64,000 bases of DNA from Candidatus Aenigmatarchaeota archaeon (GCA_016933455.1 JAFGAZ010000020.1:119-64118), one strand, 5' to 3'; numbered from the stretch's first letter, positions 1 to 11,700 are shown. Notes: generated by a model from the sequence alone, not told the origin. Program-made: numbers and translations.

Positions 1-673
1 CGTTCTCTATCTTGTACATCACGCTCTCAAAGTCAGCAAGGTCAACCATTCCCTCATAGGCGTCTCTTTTCATCATGTGCGGGGGTATCACAAAAACGTA
101 ACCCTTCTTGACCAATGACTCGACAGCATACCTTATTATTGCCTGCTCCAAAAGCGCCAAGGATCCTTTTAGATAATAGAAACCTGCTCCGGCAGTCTTG
201 GCAGCCCTTTCCTCGTCTAATAATCCTAAACAAGTAACAATGTCAGCATGGTTCTTGGGCTCAAAGTCGAACTCGGGTTTCTTTCCCCACGTCTTTATCA
301 CGACGTTGTTTTCCTCGCCCGCGCCAACAGGAACAGACTCGTGAAGAATGTTTGGAATTCTCATCATGTTATAGTCAATCTTTTCCTTGAGGTTTAGCAT
401 CTCATCTTCCATTGTCTTGAGTTTCTGCGGCAGCTGCTTTGCCTCTTCCATTTGTTTGGAAGCATCCTTGCCGTCTTTCTTTAAGGCAGAAATTTCTTTT
501 GACAAGTTATTTCTCTTGCACTTTAAGCTCTCAACTTCCTGCAAAAGCTCCCTGTATTTTTTATCAAAATCTATAACTTCGTCTAGCATTTTTATTTTTT
601 CTTGAGCTTCCCTCTTCTTTAGATTCTCCCTGATAACATCAGGATTTTCTCTTATGAGTTTTATGTCAAGCAT
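1..673 (-). CDS. serS: Seryl-tRNA synthetase, N-terminal part (runs off the window start)
   Basis: Manual translation from ATG at 673: MLDIKLIRENPDVIRENLKKR...RIPNILHESVPVGAGEENN...AAKTAGAGFYYLKG, typical of SerRS; absent from the ORF track because it is truncated. Confidence 0.95.
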   Translation of the reverse strand, partial: MLDIKLIRENPDVIRENLKKREAQEKIKMLDEVIDFDKKYRELLQEVESLKCKRNNLSKEISALKKDGKDASKQMEEAKQLPQKLKTMEDEMLNLKEKIDYNMMRIPNILHESVPVGAGEENNVVIKTWGKKPEFDFEPKNHADIVTCLGLLDEERAAKTAGAGFYYLKGSLALLEQAIIRYAVESLVKKGYVFVIPPHMMKRDAYEGMVDLADFESVMYKIEN

Positions 674-688
674 TTAATCACTTTATCA

Positions 689-1765
689 TTATCTTGTTAT
701 CTTTATGTTCTTTACAGTTTCGTGCAGCTCTTTGGCACGACTATTGTTTTCAAAATGTTTTCTTACAGGTTCTATTAGTTTGTCAATATGTGTTGCAACG
801 GAATTCTTAAGATCCAGAGGGAACAGCTTGCCTTCTAAAAAAGCTTTTTGTAAATCTCCATAATTAGCGTAAACAACATCGCCGCCGAACTTTTCAGGGC
901 GCTCTATTTTCATTTCCTTGAACTTTTCAAATATTATGTATTTGCAGTACTCTAGAATAGGATTTTCATCTATCTGCTTCTCAGGGCAGTATGCAGACCT
1001 TATCTTCTTCTTTATTTCATCAGACGCGTCTGTCATGAAAATTGCAGAGCTTGGAATCGACTTTGACATCTTCATTGCAATCTTTCTTTCCATCGGATCA
1101 TTTATGTTTGCCGAAGGCGCGGTAAGTCCCATGAGCATGTGATAATTGACAACAACCGGTTTCTTGAGCCCAAGCTTTGGTGCAATCTCTCTTGCAAGGA
1201 TGTTAACCTTCCTTTGATCCATCCCAAGATTTGTTATGTCAACGTCAAGCTCGAATATGTCCGATGCCTGCATGCACGGATATAGTATCTGGGCCGCGCT
1301 CAGCGTGTCCTTTTCGGATCTTCCCATTATCTGGACAGTCCTTAGAACCCTATTAAGAGTTATTTCTCTTGCTATGCTAACAACCCTTTTCCAGTATGCT
1401 TCATTTCCCATGGCTTGCTTTGACCATATGAATTCCACCTTCTTTGTATCCATGCCGCAAGCCTTCCATACTTCTATGAAATACTCTCCTGCAACGCTGA
1501 TTTTTTCCATGTCGCCTCCCATCTTGTTGTTCATCCAGGCAAACCAGTCAGCGACCCAGAACTTGAACTTGCAACCGGCTTCAAGAAGCTTGTTGGTATT
1601 GATGGCTCGCATTATGCCTTGCGCTATGTGCATCTGTCCAGAAGGCTCGAAACCGTCGTAAACTATTGGATGCTGATTTGTCTCAAGAAGAATTTTTAGC
1701 TCTTCTTCTGTGACTATCTCTTCACCAACGCTTTTTATCAGTTCTAGTCTTTTTTCCAAATCCAT
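689..1765 (-). CDS. tyrS: Tyrosyl-tRNA synthetase (archaeal type)
   Basis: YDGFEPSGQMHIAQG (HIGH-like), YPCMQASD, GMDQRK and KMSKS motifs. Confidence 0.96.
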   Translation of the reverse strand: MDLEKRLELIKSVGEEIVTEEELKILLETNQHPIVYDGFEPSGQMHIAQGIMRAINTNKLLEAGCKFKFWVADWFAWMNNKMGGDMEKISVAGEYFIEVWKACGMDTKKVEFIWSKQAMGNEAYWKRVVSIAREITLNRVLRTVQIMGRSEKDTLSAAQILYPCMQASDIFELDVDITNLGMDQRKVNILAREIAPKLGLKKPVVVNYHMLMGLTAPSANINDPMERKIAMKMSKSIPSSAIFMTDASDEIKKKIRSAYCPEKQIDENPILEYCKYIIFEKFKEMKIERPEKFGGDVVYANYGDLQKAFLEGKLFPLDLKNSVATHIDKLIEPVRKHFENNSRAKELHETVKNIKITR

Positions 1766-1826
1766 CCAATCACTATTATCATTTTGAGTTGCATGATATA
1801 AATATTTGAAAAATAATTAAGGTTCT

Positions 1827-2474
1827 ATGGAAAATTTCGAATGCTGGATGCCCAACTGGGACTATGTAAGCAAGGCATGCAAGAAGGCTGTTAGGGAAAT
1901 GAAGCAGCAAAATTTCAAGCCGGACATTGTTATTGCCCTGTCAAGAGGGGGCTATGTTCCTGCAAGAAATGTGTGCGACATGCTGATAATAAAGGATTTG
2001 GTCTCAATGAAGGTCGACCACTGGGGCATAACGGCAAGCAAGGACGGCGAGGCAAAGATAAGGTATCCCATAAGTTTTGACCTGACAGGAAAGAAGGTTC
2101 TAATAGTTGATGACATAACAGACAGCGGGGAGAGCATGAAGGTGTCGATGGATTTCATAAGGAGCTTGAACCCGTTGGAATTAAAGAGCATGGCAGTGTT
2201 TCACATGAAGGAATCAAAGTTCTTACCGGATTTTTTCGGCGAGGAGATAGACTGGAAATGGGTCATATTTCCATGGAACTATGTCGAGGACATGTGCAAC
2301 ATAATACCAAAGGTTCTAGACACAGAAAGGCCAAAGAACATAAAAAAGATCCAAATAGACCTTAAGGAAAACTTCAAAGTTGACATCTACGTCGAGGAGA
2401 TTGCAGAAATTCTAGACGAGCTTAATGAAGCAGGAAAGGTTTTAGAGAAAAGACTTGGCTGGGTTAAGCTTTAG
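1827..2474 (+). CDS. Type I phosphoribosyltransferase (purine salvage-like)
   Basis: ALSRGG and VLIVDDITDSGES PRPP-binding motif; WVIFPW. Confidence 0.88.
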   Translation: MENFECWMPNWDYVSKACKKAVREMKQQNFKPDIVIALSRGGYVPARNVCDMLIIKDLVSMKVDHWGITASKDGEAKIRYPISFDLTGKKVLIVDDITDSGESMKVSMDFIRSLNPLELKSMAVFHMKESKFLPDFFGEEIDWKWVIFPWNYVEDMCNIIPKVLDTERPKNIKKIQIDLKENFKVDIYVEEIAEILDELNEAGKVLEKRLGWVKL

Positions 2475-3247
2475 GCGGATTTCAAAGCATCCTTGCAGAT
2501 GCAGTTTCTTTCATTAGGAATATTATTTACAACTTGCTTGATTATTTTCTTGACCTTCTCATTGTTTTCTTTCATGGTCTTCTTTATCTCGTCGAATGTA
2601 ACCGGCTTATCTGCCCAGACATCATAGTCGGTGACAGTTGCGAGTATGCCAAGGCACATTTCCTTTTCCCTTGCCAAAACAGCCTCGGGAATTCCTGTCA
2701 TACCTATGATGTCTCCGAAATTCCTAAACATCAAGCTTTCAGCCCTTGTAGAAAACCTCGGGCCCTCGACGCATACATATGTTCCTTTCGTATGGCAGGC
2801 AATTCCCAAATCCTTGCATGTAGCAATCAAAGCGTTTCTTATTTCAGAGCAAAAGGGGTCTGCCAACGAGACATGCCTGACATTTCCAGTGTTGTAAAAT
2901 GTGGTCGAATTCTTCTTCCAGTCAACAAACTGGTCGGGTATCACAATGTCTCCAGGCTTGTAGTCCTCTTTAAGCGAACCGACAGCGCAGCAGGCAATTA
3001 GCCTATTGACACCGATTTTTGCAAAGCCTGTTATGTTTGCCTTGAAGTTTATCTCATGAGGGGGTATTGTATGGCCTCTGCCGTGCCTGGCAAGAAAGGC
3101 AACTTTCCTGCCGTTCATCAGACCTACATTGAAAACATCAGAAGGGCTGCCGTACTCTGTGTCAACCTCCATTTCTGAAACATTGTCAATCATGCTAGAG
3201 TCATAAAGGCCTGTGCCGCCTATGAAGCCTATTTCCACCTTTTCCAT
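2471..3247 (-). CDS. mtnP: S-methyl-5'-thioadenosine/purine nucleoside phosphorylase
   Basis: GFIGGTG, RHGRGH, EGPRFSTRAES, GMT, VTDYD motifs; start placed at MEKVEIG. Confidence 0.92.
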   Translation of the reverse strand: MEKVEIGFIGGTGLYDSSMIDNVSEMEVDTEYGSPSDVFNVGLMNGRKVAFLARHGRGHTIPPHEINFKANITGFAKIGVNRLIACCAVGSLKEDYKPGDIVIPDQFVDWKKNSTTFYNTGNVRHVSLADPFCSEIRNALIATCKDLGIACHTKGTYVCVEGPRFSTRAESLMFRNFGDIIGMTGIPEAVLAREKEMCLGILATVTDYDVWADKPVTFDEIKKTMKENNEKVKKIIKQVVNNIPNERNCICKDALKSA

Positions 3248-3305
3248 AAGACTTATGAAGATTAACAAAATATTAATTTATCTACTATAACTGGTTAAGA
3301 TTATT

Positions 3306-4547
3306 ATGAAATTGAATTGTTTGGGAGGTTTTAGGGAAGTTGGCAAAAATGCTGTTCTCGTTGAAGCCAAGAAAAAGATAATGTTCGACTACGGTGTAAA
3401 GGTCGAGACAGGCGAAATGCCGATTATGCCAAAGAGCGTTGACGCTTTGGTTTTAAACCACGCCCATTTGGACCACGTGGGTTCTGCTCCGGCCCTATAC
3501 AAGAGGCAAAAGCCAGACATCTTCTCAACAATAACCACATTCGAACTTGGCGACATGATACTAAGAGACAGCCTAAAGATTGCAAGAATCGAGCACAAGA
3601 AAAAGAATTTCGACAGGAAAGAAATGGAAAGGATGAAAAAAAGCAGGGTCGAGATAACATACGGCCAAAATTACGAGGGGGACGGCTATACGCTAGAGTT
3701 CTTCAACGCGGGCCACATACCAGGGAGCTTTTGCTGCATTCTTGAAATCGAGGGCAAGAGGATTTTCTACACATCGGATTTCAACACCGACACGACAAGG
3801 CTTCTCAAGGGAGCCAACATAAAGACAAAGGACATCGACGTTCTGATAATGGAAAGCACCTATTCGAACAGGGACCACCCACCAAGAAAGGAAACTGACA
3901 AGGGCTTTTTCAATGCAGTGCAGGATACTGTTTCCAACGGAGGGGTTGCTGTAATACCCTCGTTTGCCATAGGAAGGGCTGCAGAGGTCTTGATGACAAT
4001 CGACTCTTTCAAGCCCGATTTTCCTGTTTACCTTGACGGCATGGCAAGGTCGGCCACCGAGATATCGCTTGACCACCCGGAGTTCATAAGAGACCCCAAG
4101 GCATTAAGAAAGGCGTTTAGAAGGGCAAGGGTGGTTGACAGCGACATCATGAGAAAGAAGGTCATAAAGGACCCGTGCGCGATTGTCACGACATCTGGCC
4201 TTTTGGAGGGCGGTCCTTCTGTCAGGTATGTAAAGTCGCTCTACAACAACGTGGAGAGTTCCATAATATTCACAGGATTTCTTATACCTAAGACTGCAGG
4301 AAGGTATCTGGTCGACACTGGAAGGTTTGTGACAGAGGGCTTTGACTTGAAGATAAAGATGAACATACAAAAGTTCGACTTTTCCGCTCACACAGGAAGG
4401 GACGGGCTTTTCAACTTTGTAAACAAGATGAACCCTGAGAAGGTCGTGTGCTTGCACGGGGATTATTGCGAAAGGTTTGCAAGCGAGCTTCGCGGAAGGG
4501 GCTTTGACGCCATTGCTCCTGTGAACGGAGATGTTGTTGACTTGTAA
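3306..4547 (+). CDS. Beta-CASP metallo-beta-lactamase ribonuclease
   Basis: GGFREVG, HAHLDH, AGHIPG, ESTY, FAIGR, FSAH, HGD motifs. Confidence 0.92.
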   Translation: MKLNCLGGFREVGKNAVLVEAKKKIMFDYGVKVETGEMPIMPKSVDALVLNHAHLDHVGSAPALYKRQKPDIFSTITTFELGDMILRDSLKIARIEHKKKNFDRKEMERMKKSRVEITYGQNYEGDGYTLEFFNAGHIPGSFCCILEIEGKRIFYTSDFNTDTTRLLKGANIKTKDIDVLIMESTYSNRDHPPRKETDKGFFNAVQDTVSNGGVAVIPSFAIGRAAEVLMTIDSFKPDFPVYLDGMARSATEISLDHPEFIRDPKALRKAFRRARVVDSDIMRKKVIKDPCAIVTTSGLLEGGPSVRYVKSLYNNVESSIIFTGFLIPKTAGRYLVDTGRFVTEGFDLKIKMNIQKFDFSAHTGRDGLFNFVNKMNPEKVVCLHGDYCERFASELRGRGFDAIAPVNGDVVDL

Positions 4548-4553
4548 TTTATT

Positions 4554-4994
4554 TTACACATTGAAAATTCTTGTCATATCGTATAATATTAATACTACAG
4601 AAATAATAGTAAGAACAATACCAAAAACAAAAACCTTATCTGTCATTAATGTTCTGTTATATTCTTCTTTCCAAGATTCAACTTTTGGTTTGAAATCTTC
4701 TTTAATTCTAAGAAGATTAACAGTAGAGTCTTTGTTCCTCTCATAAAATTTTGACGGCCAATTGTTTAGGCGCAAGTATGGACCATAGCCCATTTTTTCA
4801 TTGGTAATTCTCATTACTCGACTAGAGCTTGTAATAGAAAGAGTCATTCCAAAAATCATAATAATAAATATAATAAAGGCCGAAACATGTGATGGATTTG
4901 ATAGGTTAGGTCCAAAAATAGGAGAAACGGAAAGCAACATAAAAAATACGAAAAGTATTGGCACAATAACTAATGCTTTTCTCATGTTAATCAT
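4554..4994 (-). CDS. Hypothetical membrane protein (AT-rich)
   Basis: 146-aa ORF with three hydrophobic segments; no recognised family. Confidence 0.55.
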   Translation of the reverse strand: MINMRKALVIVPILFVFFMLLSVSPIFGPNLSNPSHVSAFIIFIIMIFGMTLSITSSSRVMRITNEKMGYGPYLRLNNWPSKFYERNKDSTVNLLRIKEDFKPKVESWKEEYNRTLMTDKVFVFGIVLTIISVVLILYDMTRIFNV

Positions 4995-5009
4995 TTATTA
5001 TTTGTTAAT

Positions 5010-5879
5010 TTAATTTTTTACTTTGAAAATTTCTGTTATCGTAAAGTCAACCCAATATAATCCGACTGTATTTGGTACTGTTTCCAATATATCGTTTCCT
5101 ATTTTGCTTGCAGACTCTTCAAACTGTTCCCATATTTTTCTGTCTGCTTCGTATCCGAACTGGAAAGCAACTTCTGCGTCTGAAAAGTGCTCACCCCATT
5201 TCCTAAACTCTTCAAGCATCTCATGATAGCTCTCAAAGCCCTGGCTGTCGCATATGAACACAACATCTTCCGGATAATTGCTTGGCAGCTTTTCATAGTC
5301 CCAGTGCTTTAGGAAAAGCTTGTATTCTGGTTTGTAAGTCTTGATAAGATGCAGCCATTCTGAAACTTCGCTTTCTGTCACTAATCTTCCCTCAAAATTA
5401 TCAGCTGAATTTAGCCACTCGACATCGATACCAAAGCCTATGACTGAATCATGATTAGAATATCTGTCAAGAACTAGCCTTATCAAAGTTTCAACATCAG
5501 CGTCAGCAGGCTCAACCTGCAGCCACACTTTCAGATTATTTCTATCGAACACTGTCAGATATTCCTCGCTCATGTCGTCCTGGGAGAAAGCTATGTTATG
5601 GTATTCAAAATTTCCTGGAAAGTTCAGGTTGCAGTCCCTTTCGCCGTCTCTTGAGCCCAGTATCCAAATGCCTGATGCAATTGAGCCTTGGATTTTGCTT
5701 GACATTTCATTTGAAAATTCTACCCAATACGAAGGCTGTTGTTCTTGCTGGTAGCCGTACTCTGAAGAGCGCCACCCGACGAATATCTCGTCTTTGCTAG
5801 AATTGTACAAAGAATAAACAACAATTGAGGAAAGAAACAAAAGAATTACAATAATAGCTGTGATTTTCATAAAGAACAT
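5010..5879 (-). CDS. Exported/membrane-anchored acidic protein, possible glycoside hydrolase-like TIM barrel
   Basis: N-terminal hydrophobic anchor; VWLQVEP and GFGIDVEW segments loosely resemble the GH18 DxDxE strand. Confidence 0.5.
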   Translation of the reverse strand: MFFMKITAIIVILLFLSSIVVYSLYNSSKDEIFVGWRSSEYGYQQEQQPSYWVEFSNEMSSKIQGSIASGIWILGSRDGERDCNLNFPGNFEYHNIAFSQDDMSEEYLTVFDRNNLKVWLQVEPADADVETLIRLVLDRYSNHDSVIGFGIDVEWLNSADNFEGRLVTESEVSEWLHLIKTYKPEYKLFLKHWDYEKLPSNYPEDVVFICDSQGFESYHEMLEEFRKWGEHFSDAEVAFQFGYEADRKIWEQFEESASKIGNDILETVPNTVGLYWVDFTITEIFKVKN

Positions 5880-5895
5880 TCCTCATCAGAGTTCT

Positions 5896-8739
5896 TTACT
5901 TTATCTTCTTTCTGTTTATCATGAATATCGAAAACACTGCGCACACGATAACCATTGCTGCAATTCCCATGCCTGTGGGCGTTGTGATGAAGTTAAACAT
6001 TCCAGCTATTCTGGATTCATCGTTGCATTCCTGGAAATCATTCGGCCTGCTATTTTCCGTGCCGCAGTCGTTGGCATCAACGCATGTTCTTACGGAGCCG
6101 CCTTCCCTGCATGAAGACCAGTCAGAGCAAACCCAGTCCTCAACACACTCTTCTATTGTTTCCTCTACTTCCTCGACATACACTGGCTCTTCTTGTTCAA
6201 CAACAACTTCTTCTTCCTCAACCTCTTCGGTTTTTGTTTTCACAGGAGGTATGTAACCGCCTCCTCCACCGCCTCCATATATTATTGTAGGTGAAGGTTG
6301 CTGCACAGTAAGCAAAGCCCAAACTCCGGACTCGTTTGCCGAATAGTTTGCGCCTCCTGTTGCATTGAATGTGTAGTTGTATATTCCCATTGCTGGGGAC
6401 ACAAGTTCCTTGTATGGCGTCTCGTTAGCTGACAAAAAGTCGTTCCTATACAAGGTATAGTTAACGTCATCGTCACCTATGTTGTTTTCTATTCCGTAAA
6501 CAGTTGTCTGGCTTCCAAGCTCGATAACGTCCGAAGGATCAAAATCAATAGTAATGTTTAGCACGCCCTTGTTGACAAATGCATAGTAAGTAACATCGGT
6601 ATTATTGTCAGAATAGTTCTGGTTGCCTGTGGCGTTTACCTTGTATGCGTATGTGCCGTTGCCAAGTCTTACCAATTCTGTTTTGTTTTCAACAAGAACC
6701 TCGTCCCTGTAAAGAGATGCGTTCCCGAATTCCGATATTGCTGTAGCGTTTATCATCTCAGGATATACATATGTCCTGTTTTCATTTACAACGTCATCTA
6801 GTATAAGCGATACTAAATTTTCTGCCTTTGCTATGGTAAACTCTGTCTTGTTAGTGGCATTGACCGTGCCTGCCGCATCTATACCAACAAACCTGTATTG
6901 GTATGTGCCTGCTGCCAAAGGCGATGAGTTGTAATAATAATTAGGATATGTTCCAATCATTGTTGAATTCGTCAAGTTTCCTGTAAAGTTGTTCTCAAGG
7001 TATGCCTCGGAAAATGCTGCAGTGTTGTTTACCCAAGTTATGCTAAAGTTGCTGTAGTTGGTTGGGCTGTAAACATCAACTGTCTGTGCATCACTACTGT
7101 TCCATGTCAAAGACCTGTTTACGATTATAGCATTGAAGCTAAACGCTTCTGTGGTGTTGCTATTACCTGAAGTGTCGTTTGCATAAACCTTCCAGCTAAC
7201 CAAGTTTCCAAAAGGCATCGAGTCGTTCTTCCAAGTGAAGTTTGTCCATGCCTCATAGTTTCTAGGCTTTCTTGGCGAGTTGTAGTAGTTGGCTGCATTG
7301 ATTATTTTGTCCGAATAGTCTATTGTGAAATAGTCTACCATATTCCAGTCGTTTCCCGAGACAACGCTAATATCATGGAAACCTGCTGTCATGTATATGT
7401 TCCAGAGAACCTGGCTTCCCCACACATATCCCCATTCAGTGACATTGTCCCCGCCGGGAACCGTGTGTGTGTCATTCACATAATCGTTTAATATGCTCTC
7501 CGAATAAGGAGCTGCGTCTATGAAATAATCATAAGTATTAAGATTGGGATTGTATGAGCTGGGATCAGAGACGTTCCAGCCCCCTGTCAGAACTCTGAAA
7601 GTTATGTTGTAGTAGTCTGAAACGGGTATCAAAACACCGACTGACAATTTGTCCCCTGTGTCAGGCATTGCTATGCTAGAGAAGCTGTCTTTCTCAAATT
7701 GGTCCTCGAGTGAAATGTTATACGAACCGATGTCCGAAACTATGCTGTACATGTCCTCGAACTCGTTTCTCCTGGTATAGTTTACAAGCTTCTCAAAGCT
7801 TACATAAGATGTTCCGTTAAGGGTTGTATTGGCATCTATTATGTTTGAGCCTATTGTGAACTTCTCCGTGTCGTTGGCAGAAGCTTTTAGGTATGCAAAT
7901 CTTGGCTCTGTCCAACCAGCATAAACACCGTCTTTTTCTATTGCCCTAGCGCCTATGTAACCATTCTGCTGCACCCATTCTATTATGGTATCGTTGAAAA
8001 CACCTTCTGGATAAGCGAATGTCTTTGGATAAACACCGATCATGTCATATATGTCCTGCGTGCTTTCGTTGATTTCTATGTCAAGGTTTGTAGAATTAAC
8101 AAGTCCTCCGATAGGATGTGTTTTGGAGTGGCATGCTATCTCCATTCCGGATGCGTACAAATCTTGGATTTGTGATATATTCATGTAGCCTGGATATATG
8201 GAGTTGTTTATGGCAGTGCCAGTTATTATGAAGAACGTGGCTGTAAAGCCGCGACTCTTTAGAATCGGGAATGCGCTAAGGTACTGGTCCTTCCAGCCGT
8301 CGTCAAAAGTTATTACAACCGACTTTTCAGGCAGCTTTGTGCCAGAATTCATGTGCTCCAAAAGCTCTGCAAAGGTTATGGTGTTGTAGTTGTTCTCATA
8401 TAGGTAATCCATCTGCGCTATAAAGTCGCTGACCTTTGTGTTGTATGGTGACGGGTAGGTTTCGCCTATTCCGTGATAGTATAATATAGGAACTAGCTCC
8501 TCTGTGTACTCGATGGGCTTTACATACTCTGTCCAAACACCTGTCTCGTTGGTAAACATGGTGGCTGTTGAAAGAGGCATTGTGCTGTTCCAGAAAACGC
8601 TAAGCGTTGTCTGGTTGCCGCTAGCAGTTGTTATCGTATTAGCAGTAACAGAAGAGTATGTTGGGGCTGCGAATGCCACTGTTGCCATGCCAGATATCAG
8701 CATGAAAACAAATATGAGCTGTTTTAACTCCTTAGTCAT
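5896..8739 (-). CDS. Cell-surface polysaccharide deacetylase (CE4/NodB) on a repeat stalk with C-terminal TM anchor
   Basis: Signal peptide; PILYYH, TFDDG, HSKTH, FAYPEG motifs; Asn/Thr-rich repeats, poly-Gly and acidic linker, Cys-rich module, TM helix. Confidence 0.85.
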   Translation of the reverse strand: MTKELKQLIFVFMLISGMATVAFAAPTYSSVTANTITTASGNQTTLSVFWNSTMPLSTATMFTNETGVWTEYVKPIEYTEELVPILYYHGIGETYPSPYNTKVSDFIAQMDYLYENNYNTITFAELLEHMNSGTKLPEKSVVITFDDGWKDQYLSAFPILKSRGFTATFFIITGTAINNSIYPGYMNISQIQDLYASGMEIACHSKTHPIGGLVNSTNLDIEINESTQDIYDMIGVYPKTFAYPEGVFNDTIIEWVQQNGYIGARAIEKDGVYAGWTEPRFAYLKASANDTEKFTIGSNIIDANTTLNGTSYVSFEKLVNYTRRNEFEDMYSIVSDIGSYNISLEDQFEKDSFSSIAMPDTGDKLSVGVLIPVSDYYNITFRVLTGGWNVSDPSSYNPNLNTYDYFIDAAPYSESILNDYVNDTHTVPGGDNVTEWGYVWGSQVLWNIYMTAGFHDISVVSGNDWNMVDYFTIDYSDKIINAANYYNSPRKPRNYEAWTNFTWKNDSMPFGNLVSWKVYANDTSGNSNTTEAFSFNAIIVNRSLTWNSSDAQTVDVYSPTNYSNFSITWVNNTAAFSEAYLENNFTGNLTNSTMIGTYPNYYYNSSPLAAGTYQYRFVGIDAAGTVNATNKTEFTIAKAENLVSLILDDVVNENRTYVYPEMINATAISEFGNASLYRDEVLVENKTELVRLGNGTYAYKVNATGNQNYSDNNTDVTYYAFVNKGVLNITIDFDPSDVIELGSQTTVYGIENNIGDDDVNYTLYRNDFLSANETPYKELVSPAMGIYNYTFNATGGANYSANESGVWALLTVQQPSPTIIYGGGGGGGYIPPVKTKTEEVEEEEVVVEQEEPVYVEEVEETIEECVEDWVCSDWSSCREGGSVRTCVDANDCGTENSRPNDFQECNDESRIAGMFNFITTPTGMGIAAMVIVCAVFSIFMINRKKIK

Positions 8740-8799
8740 AGTAACACTATCAGTTCTATGTAACCAAATCTTTAAATAAGGATATTAGCTTAGAAAAAT

Positions 8800-11700
8800 T
8801 CACTCGTTTTCAGGCTCTTCTAGCCTGTAGGAGAGCTCGTAAAGATTGGTTTTGTGGCTTTTTTTCCTGCCGAAAAGCTCCTTGAACATGCTAAGTTTGA
8901 TGTGTCCGGTTACTTCAAGCAATACAAAGAGTATGAGAATGACAATTAGAACTGCCACAAGGGAAACCTCAAAAACTGGGAAGTCATCTCCCCCAGGAGC
9001 CACAATTGCCTCCATCTCGCAAGCCTGGCTTTCTGCAGGTTTGTCAGATGTTGTGCCGCAAGAGTTCGAGTCTGTGCAGGTTCTTGTCTGTACGTCTGCT
9101 GCGCACTCGGACCAGTCAGTGCAAGACCACGACTCTATGCAAACAGGGGCCTCTGCCTGGCTTCCACTAACACCTATAACAAATGTTGAAAATCCGGGTG
9201 AAACCGCCTCGTATATGTACTCTGTTGAATCGTTGCTTACAATGGTAGTTGTCAGTTCGTTCCACAACGTTTCTTCCCATCTGTACATGCTAACTTCTGC
9301 AGCGTTTATGTTGTTTTGTTCAAGCCATGTTTTATTGACTGCGAATCTAATTACAGTTTGATTAATATCATCGTTGTCTATGTTCTCCTTATCTATGTTC
9401 ATATAATGGTAAACGTTTCCTTCGATTTCATGTGATACGGATGCAGGAGCTCCTGCAATCTTTGTGATCCTTATCTGAATGTCATTTGCTGCGTTCTTTA
9501 CTGTTATGCTTATTTTTCTGACAACCACATCCTCTGTTTTTGTTATGGAAACGTTGGTTGTCTGGCCCGCTGACATGGAGCCTATGGTGACATTGGCTTT
9601 TCCTTTTTCCCTGTCAACATCTATTACCTGCGGCAATGGTCCCGAGCCTCCTGTTGACACAAATGCAGCTGCGCTTCCAGCTGTTATTGTAAGAGTGGAG
9701 TTTATTCCGGTGGAGTTTGCCGTCCAGTTGTCTCCGCCTGTTGCATTTAGCGTGTAAATGTAGCTTCCGACCGAGAGAATAGCCGACTCGTTGGTTACAT
9801 TATCTAAAAGCGCACCGTCCCTGTAGAGTGTGTAGTTGACATCGCTATCACCCACATTGCTCTCCAAAACAGAAACCGTTGTCCTATTGCCTGTTACAAC
9901 AGAACTTGAAGGACTCATGTTAACGGTTAGGTTCAAAATTCCCTTGTTTACAAAAGCGTAATAGGTGATGTTTGTTGAGTTTGCAGAATAGTTCTGGTTG
10001 CCTGTGGCGTTTACTGCAAAGACATAAGTTCCGTTACCGAGCCTTATGATCTCGTTTTGCGGAGATGTGCCGTTTGATATTGGTGATGCGTTCCTGTAAA
10101 GGAACACTTCTCCGCCCGCAGAAACTGCAGTGGCGTTGATGACATCAGGATATGCGTAAGTGGTGTTGTTTGATGTGCCGTTGAGGTACAATGCTATCGG
10201 GTTTGAGGCCTGGGAAACATTCCACCAAAAGTCAACTAGGGAAGATTCTGTATAATTGTCATTGCCCAAGACCTTGGCGCTAAAGTTGTTGTCCCATGCA
10301 GGCCATGTGCTGCTGTTCCATGCGACTGTTGTGGCATTGGATATCAAAGTGCCGTTCCTCCAAAGCTGGACATACAGTCCTGAAACATTGGAAACTGCTG
10401 TTGCGTTTATTGTTGAATTAGGATAGGTCGAAGTCTGGTCTGCAGCTTCGCCATTTAGCAAAAGCGAAACCAAGGTTGCGCCCTTGTTGACTAAGGCATA
10501 ATATGTAACACCGGTTGTGTTTGCAGAATAGTTGGCGTTTCCGGTCGCGTTGACCTTGTATGCGTATGTGCCGTTGCCAAGAAGTATGTTTTCCTCAGCT
10601 GTCAAGGTTCCGTTTGTTACCTCGACATCGTTTCTGTATATGGAAACATTGCCGATTGTTGAAGTGGCATTGGCTTTTACTGCCTCTGGGTATGTGTAAG
10701 TTTTATTGCCGTTCAAAGTGTCATTAAGCAAAAGCTGTACAGGGTTGTTAGCCTGTGAAACAATTAGATAGTATGTTATTCCAGACGAGTTCGCAGAATA
10801 GTTGACGTTTCCGGTCGTGTTAACCTTGTATGCGTATGTGCCTGCACCCAAGTTGACGGTCTCGTTTGTGCCAAGGTATACTCCGTCACGGTATAGGAAG
10901 CATGAGCCCGATCCGGTATAGTCATTTGAACAGTTGACATAAACAGATGTCCCGTATGTTATCGAGACGTTCTGGTTGTCATATGCTGTGCTGTTGTTAA
11001 TTGTAAGGCTTACAGGGTTTGTTGCATTGGTAGTGACTATGAGGAATATGCTGCTGTTCGAGGCAGATGTCCAGTTGGCGTTGCCTGATGTGTTGTAAAC
11101 TACGTTGTAAACGCCTATTTCAAAGGCGCCTGATATTGTTGCTGGATTTCCGGACGAGTTTGTTCCTTTTGCAAACAAAGTAAATGTCGGCGGGGTTATT
11201 GTTGTTGTAGAGTTTCCCCTTATCTCAACGGAATTTGGAACTTGGACCGTCTTGTTCTGGCCGTCACTGTCTATGAAAACCTGGACATCGGGAGTTCCCT
11301 GAGCTATTACCAATGTGTTTGCGGTCGTGTTGGAAGAATAGTTGGTGTTTCCTGATGTGTTTAAAGTATAATTGTGAGCTCCTGCGCCGAGAATTGTTCC
11401 TGTAGCGTTCTCAGAGGAAGCGTCCAGGCCTTCCCTGTAAAGGCCGCATGTTATCTGCGAAGGGCATCCTGTTCCCGTTGTCATTGAAACGTCAGGATAA
11501 GTTCCAGACCACGAGATGTTGTTTGCAAGGCTTAGCATGACAGGGGCCTGAGTTATCATAACATAGTAAGTGCTTGAATTATCAGTATAGTTCTGTGAAA
11601 GTGTCGTGTTCACAATATATTCCCAAACACCTGCTCCGATGGTTACATCCGTAAGATTTTCAGATGTTACGTCGGTTCCGTTTCTAAATACCATGCAAGT

